This document shows positions 1 to 11,965 of a stretch of DNA of 64,000 bases, in pieces (position 1 is the first letter of the stretch; the number at the start of each line of letters is the position of its first letter). Source of the DNA: Squalus acanthias (Eukaryota); assembly GCA_030390025.1 (NCBI GenBank), contig CM059448.1, positions 25,854,001 through 25,918,000 on the forward strand, written 5' to 3'. The position numbers and the translations under genes are program-made. Below the pieces are notes generated by a model. That model saw only the letters and a program-made list of their open reading frames with translations, had not been told where the DNA came from and did not search any database.

Positions 1-94
1 CAAATATGGACAACACATCCCACATCCTCAGCAACCCCTGCTGTAAAGAAAATGGGGGATGTAGCTAAGGTCTGAAGCTACATCCATAAGCTAG

Positions 95-292
95 GACCAT
101 AGAGCTGCAGAGTGCCCAGGAGAAAGATGGCGTACTCTTTGTGAAGCTTGCATTGAGCTGGCTTCGAAGCATGCAGGAGGCCAAAGATGGAGAGGTTGGA
201 ATGGGAATGGGAGGGGTAGTGAAAGGCTGAGCCACAGGTACAGAACAGTGTTCAGCAAAGTGATCATCCAATCTACATTTAGTCTCCCCATG
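95..292 (-). mobile_element. Penelope-like retroelement remnant, GIY-YIG endonuclease region
   Basis: Minus strand reads GETKCRLDDHFAEH...PVA...LGTLQL across frameshifts, resembling the PLE GIY-YIG motif YIGETKRRLxDRFAEH...LGTLQP. Confidence 0.65.
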
Positions 293-1580
293 AGCAGCAA
301 GAGCTTTTTAAAAAAAAAACTTATTGTGCTGTGCAAGATCAGCAGTCATGAAGGTGTGATCACTGATTAAATCATCACTGCACTGACTGTTTATACACAA
401 GGCCTTGTGTAACACTTTACCTTTCTGACCCTGCTCCAGTAACTGATGTGGCTGCTTTGAAGCTCAGGTTCACTGTGAATATTCAGGAATCCAGTTTGCC
501 CACCTATTCCGAGGCTGATTTATTTGGTACTTGCCTTTCAAAATGACACATTGGCTGTGATAGAATGTTTTTCCTGGAGCCTTGGCTAAAGTACTTTCCA
601 CAAAACACCAGAGGTGGAGTCAAAATTAATCAACGTTGGAGAAATTGTCGCTCATTGATTTATCACAGTTTAGTTGTAACTTAAAATCCCACACTGTTTC
701 CAACATTTATCACATCTCTATTTCATTCTGATTGTAGCTGGCAGCACCCTAAGCGTCAGTAGCCAGAGAAAACAAAATCCTAGCAGCAAACGCAGTTTCA
801 GCTCTCTAGGGATTATCTTAATGAATGTTCTTATGTATGAGGTTAGTTGTAGAGTGCATTGATTTACTACACTCCTCAGAAGCTCAAGTCTTTGTATCCT
901 GAAAGCAAACACTTGGGGCGACCTTTTTGTTAAAAAAAAAAGTTTCCCTACACTTGTCTCTTTATACCCCCTGACATGAGTCATTCCGCATTACAGTGCT
1001 TCCTTCAGTTGGGGGGGATGGTTCATGTGGGCGGTGAATTACGCCATGTCTGTACCAATGCCACCACATGATTGGCTAACAGTGGGTACACTTGCAGTGG
1101 ATTAGATAAGTCAGTGTTACCCTCGCCCTCCCACACCGACAGAGAACTTGCTCCCAGAAGGATGGGAAACGCTCTGTGGTGACTATGACTCAAACCGGCA
1201 ACCATTTTTTATTAAGGCGCCAAGGGCTTGGTGAAAGGGACAAGATTACATTGTGCAAAATACCATCAAGGCACTCTACTGCTTTTGCAATCAGTTTGCC
1301 ATCTCCTTTCTCGTTTAATTTTTTAAAAGACTCCACTTGGTTCACTTTTCCATTGCAGAATTATGAAAGTATTCCACCTAGTGCAACAAATATCCCTTGT
1401 TACTGCTGGGACCTTTGCTACTAGAAATTGATGGAAAAAAATGAAGTCCCTCTTCTCTTTCCTTCTCTTCCTCACTCCCCCAAACTCATTTGAGGGAAGA
1501 CACCCAGCCTCAGGTAACACAACAGACAATAGTTGTCATGAATGACTTGTGGAAATAAGTGGTGGGCAGTATAGAATCAT

Positions 1581-1936
1581 AGAATGTATACTTGAATTAT
1601 AATTTGGGCTAGGAATGGAGTTTAGTGTAACAGTCGGTTCGCCAGGAGAAATCTTTTGATTAAATTACAACAGTGACTACACTTCAAAATTGTCTGTGAA
1701 ACGCTTTGGGGCGTCCTGAGATCGTGAAAGGCGCTATATAAATGCAAGTTCGTTCTTCTTCTATTAAAAAGAAATAAAATCCAGTCAGCACTTTTAATCA
1801 CAACTATTCTTTTCCTGTTGACTTGGCTTCCCCTCCCCTGGAAATTTCTGATACTTTCACGGCTTTTCTGTACCCACATGAAAGACTAAATGCATCATAG
1901 TATGGGAAGAAAGAAATGGTTTGTTTTTTGATAAAT
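1581..1936 (+). repeat. Dispersed duplicate (copy 1) of 46791-47126, containing a DeuSINE/L2 3' tail fragment
   Basis: Collinear match from AGAATGTATACTTGAATTAT to GTATGGGAAGAAAGAAATGG...TAAAT. The SINE tail sits at the same internal position in both copies. Confidence 0.93.
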
Positions 1937-2822
1937 AGAATCATTGAATAGTACAGCACAGAAGGAGGCCATGCAGCCCAACGAGTCCGTGCCGGCTCTT
2001 TCAAAGAGCAATGCAGTTAGACCCACTCCCCCGTTATTTCCCCATATCCCTGCAATTTTTTCTCCTTCAAGTTTTGACCAATTCCCTTTTGGAGGCTACA
2101 ATTGAATCTGTATCCACCACCCTATCAGGCAGTGAATTCCAAATCCTAACCACTCGCTGCGTAAAAAGGTTTTTCCTCATGTCACTTCTCGTTCTTTTGT
2201 CAATCACCTTAAATCTGTACCCTCTCTTTATCGAACCTTCAGCCATTGGAAACAGTTTCTCTTTATTTACTCTATCGAATCCTTCATGATTTAAAACACC
2301 TCTATCTAATCTCCTCTTCGCCTTCTCTGCTCTAAGGAGAACAACCCCAGCTCCTCCAGTCTATCCACACAACTGTAATCCCTCATCCCTGGAACCATTC
2401 TAGTGAATCTCTTCTGTACCCTCTCCAAAGCCTTCACGTCCTTCCTAAAGTGTGGTGCCCAGAATTGGACACAATACTCCAGCTGGGGCCGAACTAGTGT
2501 TTTATGTAGGTTTAGCATAACTTCCTGGCTTTTGTACTTTATGCCTCTATATGCTTTATTAACCTTCCCTGTCACCTTCAAGAGAGACCCCAGGTCTCTC
2601 TGTTCTTACACCCCCTTTAAAATTGTACCATTTAGTTTGTATTGTCGCTCCTCATTCTTCCTATCAAAATGTATCACCTCCCACTTTTCGGCGTTGAATT
2701 TCATCTGCCATGTGACTGCCCATTCCACCAGCCCGTCTATGTCCTCTTGAAGTCTATTAGTATTTTCCTCACTGTTTACTACACTTTCAAGTTTTGTGTC
2801 ATCTGCAAATTTAGAAATTGTA
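1935..2822 (-). mobile_element. CR1 LINE, 5'-truncated 3' fragment
   Basis: ORF 2306..2581 gives LVRPQLEYCVQFWAPHFRKDVKALERVQKRFTRM (CR1 ORF2 C-terminus). The 3' UTR and ATAGAATC-type terminal repeat lie at 1935-1950. Confidence 0.92.
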
Positions 2823-2828
2823 CTACAG

Positions 2829-3235
2829 AAAAATAAAGAACTTGCATTTAAATAGCATGTTTTACATTCTCAGGACATCCCATCCTTCAGAGCCAATGAA
2901 TTACTTTTGAAGTGTTTTCGCTGTGGTTTTAGCAAACACAGCAGCCAGTTGGCACACTGCAAGGTCCGACAAATAGCGATAAGACGAATGACCCATTAAT
3001 CTATTTGGGTGCATTTGGTTGGGGGAAGAATGCTGGCCAGGACATCAGGAGAAGTCCCTACTCTTCTTTTGAAAAAGTGCCATCAGATCTTTTATGTTCT
3101 CCTGCACATACCAAATGGAACCTCAGTTTAACATCTCCTCCGAAAGATGGCACTTTCAACAATACAGCACTCCTTCAGTACTGCATTGCAATGCCAGCCT
3201 AGATTTAAGTGCTCAGGCTTTGAGTGGGACTTAAT
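2829..3235 (-). mobile_element. DeuSINE (SacSINE1-like), diverged
   Basis: Reverse complement of the element at 47684: tail CTTGCATTTAAATAGC and Deu domain GGCCAGGACATCAGGAGAA...GATCTTTTATGT. Confidence 0.8.
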
Positions 3236-6200
3236 GGAACCAGAGTGGCCACGGTAGTGATGGGTCCAAGCACCCAGCACATTACTCCTGTTTTACACAG
3301 GAATAGCACTGGAAATCCTCCAGTGGATATGTAAAAGTACTGACCCATGAAATTCTGGAGGATTCAGCTTAGCAGACCACCGGGGCTTGCAACTTCAGGC
3401 TCATTGGCGCAAATAAGCATGGAATTTCAGGGCCTTCGTTTTTTCAGGTATGAAAAAGGAGCAAAATCAGGCGAAGACCTCAATGAGATTAAGGCCGGAT
3501 GGGCCATTATTATGCTGATCACCCAGTTTGTTTCCTCTCTATTTATGTTCTGTCCAATTTAAAGACTTACTCATGTGCTATGCAGCATTCAACATATTAA
3601 TAATCATCATCAAGTGCCAACCAGGCGGTGCCTAAGAATGGCCTTAATTATTCCTCACTCCCACCATTTGAGATGGGAAGATTCAAGAACTTGTCAAGAA
3701 GAGGCTGATGGGCATAAATCCACATCCTCTTAGTCTGTGACATGGTGTGCACAAGTAGCAAAGTAGTACACCACCATGCTTCTCAAATTTGCAGTCATAA
3801 TATTTCAGTATATATCTGTGTATATTTTAAAATAAATGTTTATAGAGATTTCAATATTGCTTGTACAATGCTCCCTTCAGTAAGCAAGAATCCTAAACCT
3901 CATAAAACCATTAACTGTTGGAAAGCAATAGTGAGGTAATTCTGGTATGAAATTGTTAGTGTAAACCTGCCTAATACAGATACTGGCATGAATACTTCAC
4001 TTCTAGCTCCTGTTTATAGCAGTATTCTGTAGTTCCAAATAGTATGTACGGTGGTGTGATTTGGAAACAGCCTGTCATCAGCTTTTTGAGTTGCTTTTTA
4101 GCTGTTCTAAAATGGGCAACATGAAGCCATAGCCAATTTGCATCATGTTGTATTCCGACAGCCTGGCACAGAAATTCTAATTTGGGCCACTTATATGTCG
4201 CTTAATCAGTGAAGAGATCCATCCTGCAGTGAAGTACAACTTGGTTATGTGACCCCAGTACCTGATTGTGGAGAAAGTGATATCACAACTACTATGTAAT
4301 ACAAGCAGCACTTTATATTCACGCAAATAAGGCATTTTTTTTTGACTAACAATCGGTAATGATGCCTCCAGAGGATATGGTGGGGAACAAACCTGCACTT
4401 GTGTGTAGACCTTTTAAAACAAAGATACGTGTGACTGTAGTAAGGGTGAGTATTGGCGCTGAAATGAGAAGTTACAGAACGCTGTCTGCTGTAGAGTGCT
4501 AATATTTGCAGAAATCAAAGTTGAGACGTTGCCAACAACCCACTGAAGTACTTATTTGATACGGAGCCTGGTTTGCAGCCGCATCCTGCAGGGCAGTATT
4601 TAAACACCGGAGGTATTTCACACCACAGCGGAACAGACTTTTCATTCCTTAGATTCTTGTTATGAAATGGAACACCCCGTTGGTGCGGTCAATTGAAGAT
4701 TTAATGTCAGATCCTTGTATTTGATCTAAAGCCGGGCCAGGAATCTAAACATTTTTCCACCATTGTTTACCCAGCATTGAAAAAGTAGCAGTCTGACCAG
4801 TTTATTTTTCTTCCTGCAGTTAAACGCCACAAAATTTTTCATTCCATCTCAATGTAATGTACACATCGTGCTGCTTCCAACTAGAAAAACAAAAGGAGCT
4901 TTAACGTGCTTTTAATCATCTGCTGATCCCAGTTTCGCTTTGTAAGCTGTGCAGTGTAGAGCAAGCTTGCTCGCTACTGCTTGAGAAGTTTCAGAGCTAT
5001 TTTGATGTGATTTTCACAATGTCTTCTCCCCTCTTCTGCTGCCTCCTTAACAAGGAAGGAAATGTTCATGTGGGGGGGCGGTGGCGGGGTGAGGTTACTT
5101 TCCCTACAGAATGGTCTACATCTGTATTATTCAGATAGTTTGAAGATATCACCCAACTCTTGAGAGATCAGTGTATTTCGCCTGTCGCAGCGACCCACCA
5201 ATTCAAGTCTCCACCAGCTTCCAGAGCGACTGCACTGATGCTACGCTGAGTGTAACTCGTCCAGTCTTGGGTGGCTTCATTGATCTTGCACGGGAGCCGT
5301 TACTTTGGACAAGACTGGAGACTGATCTGGAAGCAGGAGCAGCTGGTGCCTGCTGCAGGTATGGGCTTTACCCAGCTTGCACAAGTCCAGGCCACTCTTC
5401 AGCCAGGTTAAAAAGTCAACTCCCATACCAATTAACGGAGTTGCACTTTTCCTATGAGGTATGACCCAGATCGGCACCCCTCCAGCACTGCAGCCAATAA
5501 GAACCTTGTCATTTCCAGCACTAATCGTCCTTATGGTCTCTGAGTGAGTTTGTCAATTTGTGGTCAGTTGTAGGCAGTCTTGTAATGTGGACCACATGAC
5601 CACTAGGAAACTGGGTTGAGACTATCCAAACTAACTTCACACAGGACTCTTGTGCCTTTAATGTGAGGAGACTTTCAGCCCATCAATAGGGACTGGCTAT
5701 GAATACTATGTACCAGTCTCCTATGTTATTTTGGGCATGGAACTATAGTAAAACATTCTTCCAAAATAGCAATGTTAATATAATAATGTCGTACTGAAGC
5801 TGGGTATCCTAGAATCACTAACGTTGGCCCATCACTGGGAGTATACATGCTCTTCTTCGGTCATAGAAAGTGAGACGTGCGACCAAGTCTATTGACTATG
5901 TAGATTAGTGTTTGTTTTTGGAGTTGACCATGCTAGATTACTGGGTGAAGAGTGACAGTTTAGTGGGAACAAAATCCTTTCCTGTTGATTTCCCTTCCCC
6001 GCCAAGAAATGGCCTTGGCATTCTGCAAATATGGTTTTCCGAGCTGAGTTGTTTTGGCTATGGCACATCAACAAAGCATATGGAAAATCTCTCATTCGGA
6101 CAGTGGCCAAGTTTATCTCTGCTCTGACTGCAGTCACATTAGTTGGCTGGCGAGACACATTTAACCAGTTTGATAGAACTGGGCATGGGAAGACTGGGTG

Positions 6201-6789
6201 CATGAGAATTTGGAGCTGGAACAGAATTCTAGTCTTGCTTGTTTTAACATAGCAATTGGTAAAAGTGAATTATTAATCTAGTCATCAATGTAGGGCTTTC
6301 ATTGGGCAGCAAGATGGGACAGACTTGCTAGTTTTTGTTGGCCGAAGCTGAGATCTGACCTTTGTGGCCTGAAATATGTGAGGTATTTGCACTTTTATTA
6401 CTGAAGAGCCTGTGAAGGAAAGTATGTTAATCATTTTTTATGTTGACAGACTGGCTCTCAAATACTTGTGGTATGATCATGAAAATCACGCACATTGATT
6501 GAGCTAGCACCCTGAATGTGTTAGCATATCAGTTTGACTGAGTACTGAATTGAGGAGCGCCATGTAGGATATTTTGGAGGTTTTTTTTCTTTCATTAATT
6601 TTTCTCTGCCAATCTCATCCCTTCTCCTCCTCCCGCAAGGTTGTTAACTCCTTGCTGAAGTATAGTTCCCTGAGTGGCATCATCCTCTGGTACTTCAACC
6701 AAATCGGCATTATTCACATACGAGTCTGAACGACAATTTTAAATTGATGACCCCCTCGTTGCTAAATCGCCAACCAGAAGAAATAGGCT

Positions 6790-7385
6790 TTCACTCGTCA
6801 CCCTGTCAAAGCACTTCATAATTTAAAAACCTCTATTAAATCTCCTCTGAGCCTTCTTAAGTATATCTTAATAACTACAGTTTCCTATCCCTGGCATAAT
6901 CCTGGTGAATCAACACTGTGAGATCTTCATGGCTTTAATGTCCTTTTTTATAATCGATTGCACCGGAACTACACAGTACTATAACTGCAACATTTCCCAA
7001 GTTTTGTACAAATTTATCATGACGTCTTTTCTCTCTGTGCCCTTATTTTTTTTTAAATTGCTATTGGCTTTCTTTTCATCTCTTTTGCTACTTTTAGAGT
7101 ATCATGTAATTGAATCCCTTAGTCTTGTTGCTTATCCGCGTCTTTCTATTGAGTGTATGCTCGCATTCCTCTTTTTACTCCCAAAATGTATTACCATACA
7201 CATATCCACATTAAATTGCATCTGGCATTTATCTATCCATTCCACTAAACTGCCTAAGTCTTTCCCAAGTCTTTTATAGTTTCCGCTGGTTGTCAGCCCC
7301 CCTTACTTTTGTCTTGAAATCACCAAATTTCGAGATTGTGCTCGCTCTGCCGAAGTCCAAATCATCTATATGTCCCAAGAACAAA
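6790..7385 (-). mobile_element. CR1 LINE fragment, heavily diverged
   Basis: Similar to 2270-2820 (ACCCTGTCAAA..CTTCATAATTTAAAAACCTCTATTAAATCTCCTCT; CCAAAATGTATTACC..ACATTAAATTGCATCTG). Confidence 0.7.
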
Positions 7386-8641
7386 AGTGACCAGCCTAAC
7401 TCTCCTCAGATCTTTTTCATTAGTAAACTGCTCATATTAGCCAATTCATTACTCAAATATAAAATAACAAGCACAATTGTGAGAGGCTGATATCGCTGCA
7501 TATATCGACATGGCAGGTATCTTGCAAGGTGACCGAGTCCCTTACAGAAAGAGTTATCTTATCTAAATTGGGTTCATCAGTCAAAAATATTTTTCACATG
7601 AAAAATCTCAAAGCTGCTTCACACAATGAATTATTTTTTTTTGGAAGAGCAGAGACCTATTTCGAAATATATCATTCAAGCAGTTGACGTATCACACCAC
7701 TGATTCCCTCATTTTTTTTTATTGAGGGATTGGAGATGATGTAAATCCATATTCTCTCGTCCCACATTCCCCTGCTAAATGGTGGGCCAGTAGGAGGGAT
7801 TACTCCTTCCTGCTGGAGTGGAAGTAGCACATCATTTACAAAGTAAAAATGGATGATACTAATGCTTCTAATCTGCCACATTATCTGTTCCATATTGTTG
7901 CTTTCCCTGTAGCCCAAGCTGTTTAGGCAGCTGCAAACTGTGATTTGCACTGCTGCGTGATATGCCATGAACCAACCAAAGGGGCACTTTATTGAGAGCG
8001 AACGTAAAGGCCTTTGTAACATAAGGGTAATTTGCATATTTTGTCTTCAGAGTCAGAAAGCTGACAAATTGATTCTATGGGGATATTAAATGTGCATTAT
8101 ATGTATTCAGATGAACTCTTTTGGGATACTAAATACGCATTACATGTCGTTTTGAAACCCTTGAGGCCTAATTAAAGGGAGCATGCAGTGCATTACTTCA
8201 TAATTGTAGAATAACTGGTTTTAAAAATTTGTCACTCTAGCTTGCGGGTGGCATAAATGGCAAATAAGATAGCTTTAGTATTGTATTTAACAGGTCTGTC
8301 ACTATCAATTGCCTTCCGACTTGTCTTTCATCAGTTGAGAACATTTATTTGGGGGCAAGGACTTAACAAGTGTAATTGGAACATTACCAGACAGTGCCAA
8401 GTGCAAAGCTGGCACTACTTAGTACTGACACTGCTCATAAATGGCACAGGCTCAGGGAAAATCAGCTGTCAACAATCTTATACAGTTGAAGAACATACTG
8501 ATTCTATTTTTTTCTGGAGAATGCACTCTGCAATCCTGGAGCAATTAGGATCCTCCCTAATGTCCAGCTTTGGGCTGGCAGTCTACATTTTTGAACAAAG
8601 AATTCATGCACAAACTTCTAAGAGTGTGAACTTAACACCAT

Positions 8642-9302
8642 GGGCTAAAAATTGAGTAGCGCCCCATTTGGGGTGCTAACTTCGTCGGGGCACTACTTTT
8701 AGCGGCCCAGAAAAATTAGCGCCCCCGCGACGGAAATTGAGTGGTTGCGCCCCAAGAGGGAAGCGCCCCGCATCCATCTTGGGGCGCTGCGAGGGAATAT
8801 CGCGGCGCTACGTGCTGCAGCGCCACGGTATTGCAGGCCTTCCTCCCCATCTTAAAGGGGAGGGGCCTTGCGCAGTGCGACCCGGGGCCCAGCTGGGCCC
8901 CCGGGGATCGGGAGTGCTGGCAAAAGAGCCCTGGCACTCAAGAGAAGTGCTGGGCTCTTGGAGCGCAACCGGCACTCTGCAGGTTCAGGAGGCCGGGGAC
9001 GGGAGCGCAGGCAGGTGCTGGCAGGTGGCCAGCAACAAAAATGGCCAACTCACACCTCGCCTTTAAATAGCGCCTCCCCAGCCGCAGGTAGGGTCATAGC
9101 GTCCGGCGGTAAGTCAGGGGGTGCTCCCGAAGATCGCAGCCGGGGCGCTGCGCACAGCGATGATGTCATCGCCGCGGGGCGCTACCGGTTAGCACCGCCG
9201 CTAACCTCCCGCTGAATTTTGCGGGAGGCTTGGGTGGTGCCGCGTCCGGGCACTAATTGCTTTGCGCCCCGGAAGGCGCAAAGCAACCCAGTTTGTCCCC
9301 CC
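8642..9302. mobile_element. GC-rich non-autonomous DNA transposon (MITE), possibly PIF/Harbinger-type
   Basis: CpG-rich block with imperfect terminal inverted repeats (GGGCTAAAAATTGAGT ... ACCCAGTTTGTCCCCC). Shares internal motifs with 58252-58947 (CCTTCC..CTTAAAGGG.AGGG, GCGCA...ATGA.GTCA). Confidence 0.65.
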
Positions 9303-9879
9303 AAACATTTAAAACAGAAGCTCATTTTTCTGAATGCAGTGATTTCAGAATTAATTGTTAAAGTTAGAAAGATCTTCTTTAGAATCTGGAGACCAAACAT
9401 CAGAACTCAAGCTCTGATTGTCCAGCTCTTGGAGGTTTGGTCAACTGAGGTTTTGTTTTGTGCAGTTGAGGAATATTTAGGGCTAATAAGAAATATGTAA
9501 TTTTTTTTGTTGGAAAAAGTGAGCACCTGAGAGAATCTTACTGAGATCTGTAATCATTCCACATGGTAACTACTGTATATGACCATGTCGTCTGTTAATA
9601 AGTTCCATTAATCGGATGCAGAGCTGAGACCAGCTCACGAGATTTCCTAGAATTTGAGGGTGTGTAAAGTAAATACATTACTCCTGTGGAAGGTTTGCAT
9701 GTGTCAGACCCCACTGACATCTTTAAAGGTCTCAGAAAATGGCAAAGATCTGCCATTTTCTCACTTGTATCTTCTGAATGACAATCTTCAGAAAGTGGTG
9801 AAATATGTTTACAAATATAGCAAGCCCTGATGAATGTTTCCTATCTTTCGGTGTCTGTAGGCACAGTTTTATTACTTCT

Positions 9880-10075
9880 TGCTTTTGTTTCCCCTCTGTT
9901 TATATTTTCCCTCCTTTTTCCACTTCTTTTATCCCCTCTCTCCTCTGCTAAAGGCATTAGCCCCTTGCTGGATATGATTCCACAGATCGCAAGTACAGAC
10001 TGGGCAGGAATCAAACCTGGTCTGTACAGCTTAACTACTCACTGCTTAAACCCATTGAGCCATTAGAGGGAGTCC
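9880..10075 (-). mobile_element. LF-SINE-like tRNA-derived SINE fragment, diverged
   Basis: Reverse-strand head (ACAGACTGGG..ATCAAACCTGG; CTTAAACCCATTGAGCCA) similar to the + copies at 22995 and 23835. Confidence 0.45.
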
Positions 10076-10585
10076 CATTTAATATTTTTCAAGCCTTCTC
10101 CTAAAATAATGAACATTTGTTTCAAAAACCACAAAGCAGGTTGCATTAATATTTTAAATCTCGCATATACCTCAGATTTACAAATCAGATGGCAGAGGGG
10201 AAACTTACCTGATACGCATTGTTGGTTTGCAAACTAGAAATTCCTTACATAAAGCTTTCTGTTATCATGATGTTAATACTGTTCATCATTATATTAATAT
10301 TCCTGGTATCAGAAGTTAATTCATGTGAAAATAGGACTTTCCTGAGATCCCTAGAACGCGTGATTGTATTAATGTTACTTGAGCAGTGTTTGGCTTTGGA
10401 ACAGACGCATGTAGGTTCCTTTATTTTTTAATTATTATTTCTGATTTATTACACCACTGGAGATCTGTGGGAACAAAGAAATCTAGATAAAAGGAAATAT
10501 CTTAATATCAGTAAGGAGAAAAAACCTTCCTTGATATAACTATAAGCAATTTATATGTTTCAGACTTTTTTTTAGCCAAAGAACA

Positions 10586-10772
10586 GGCACACACACACTC
10601 GGGGACACGCACGCACAGACACACGCACATACACACTCGGGGACACACGCACACGCACACACACACGCACATACACACATATACACACTCAGGGACACAC
10701 ACACATACACACGCTCAGACACACACACACTCGGGGACACGCACGCACAGACACACTCAGACACACACACAG
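10586..10772. repeat. Compound (CA)n microsatellite with recurring CTCGGGGAC / CTCAGAC units
   Basis: Directly visible repeat. Confidence 0.95.
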
Positions 10773-10932
10773 ACAGTCATCAGTTTGTTTATTGAGATGA
10801 GTAATAGCAGGTAGATGAACATTAAAAATACTGTACAGCAGAATTACTTATCAGTATTTCGCAGTGAGATATCTTCTGGAAACACTGAGAAGTGAGGGTT
10901 CTTGGATTGTCCTGATTAAAAGGATCTCCTAT

Positions 10933-11250
10933 AATAAAAACAGAAAATGCTGGAAATACTCAGCAGGTCAGGCAGCATCTGTAGAGAGAGAAACAGAGTT
11001 AACGTTTCAGGTCGATGACCCTTCGTCAGAACTGGAAAAAGTTGGAGATGTAACAGGTTTTTAAGCAAGTGCAGAGGCAGAGAAAGGGGGGAGGGGAGGA
11101 AAGAACAAAAGGGAAGGTCTGTGATAGGGTGGAAGGCAGGAGAGATTAAGAGACAAAAGGGATGATGGTGCAAGGCAAAAGGAGATGGTAATGGGACAAG
11201 TTAAGAAACAAAAGATGAGTCTAGATGAAGTGTAAATGGCACTGGCAGAA
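10933..11250 (-). mobile_element. Penelope-like element terminal (pLTR) region
   Basis: AAAACAGAAAATGCTGGAAATACTCAGCAGGTCAGGCAGCATCTG... resembles an abundant elasmobranch repeat end. It carries a minimal hammerhead motif typical of PLEs, and a degenerate second copy lies at 26673. Confidence 0.7.
10997..11033 (-). ncRNA. Minimal type I hammerhead ribozyme motif (Penelope-associated)
   Basis: Minus-strand RNA AGUU-CUGACGA-AGGGUC-AUC-GACCU-GAAA-CGUU-AACU. It has both core boxes, stem II, a 4-bp stem I (AGUU/AACU) and a loopless palindromic stem III (ACGU). Confidence 0.7.
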
Positions 11251-11965
11251 AAGGATCTCCTAGTTGGTTCAAACATTAGCAGAGGCATTGAAGCAAGTTA
11301 TCCGTCTGATCTCTCAATCGGGGAAAGGATGACCTACAGAGGAAGTAGGGAGAAAAAATGTGAAATAATGTACAAGTAAAATAAATGTTAAAAAAATATT
11401 CTTTGTTGCTGTTATGTTTCTGGGCTTTTATGCTAGAAAGTGTCTTGGGGGCCCGAGTCACTGGCCACTCCTGAGGCAGACTCCAAGTCTCCTATGAGCC
11501 AGATTATACCTTTGTCTACTGAATATCAAAACAAATGAGGTGAGAATGTTGAGTTGAACAGAGAACCCTTGTTGCTGTACTCCAGATGACCAGAATATAT
11601 CCTTGTGACCTCCTTGTCTGGGGTCTGTATCTATTGCAGCCTGCAGAAACAGTGATCAGTAACTCTGGGTATGCTGTGACCAGTGAGAAATAATCAGACA
11701 AAAATGACTCATTTTCATCACAGTTGCCCTGACAGCGAAATGGCTCCTTTGTAGATTCACCCAATCCATTAGTTAGCTTTTTAGTTTGTATTATTTTAGT
11801 GAATATCTGACTGTCAAACGATGTAAGCTGAAGAGTAGGGTGCAAACCCCAATAGGTTAGGTTGTTGCAGAGTATATACACTTTTATTAATCAGACTGTA
11901 CTGTAATGACCTTATATGTAATTGAAAAGATGCATCTTAATTTGTTCTTTCTGTTTTCTCTATAG

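Noticed and set aside
8716-9500. Cluster of overlapping GC-rich ORFs and a possible CpG-island promoter
   Set aside because: It lies within a TIR-bounded repeat that recurs at 58252; GC richness explains the lack of stops.
1-11965. AUTS2 exon 6-equivalent upstream of exon 7
   Set aside because: No matching short exon found by eye; it probably lies upstream of the window, though I cannot exclude having missed a diverged one.
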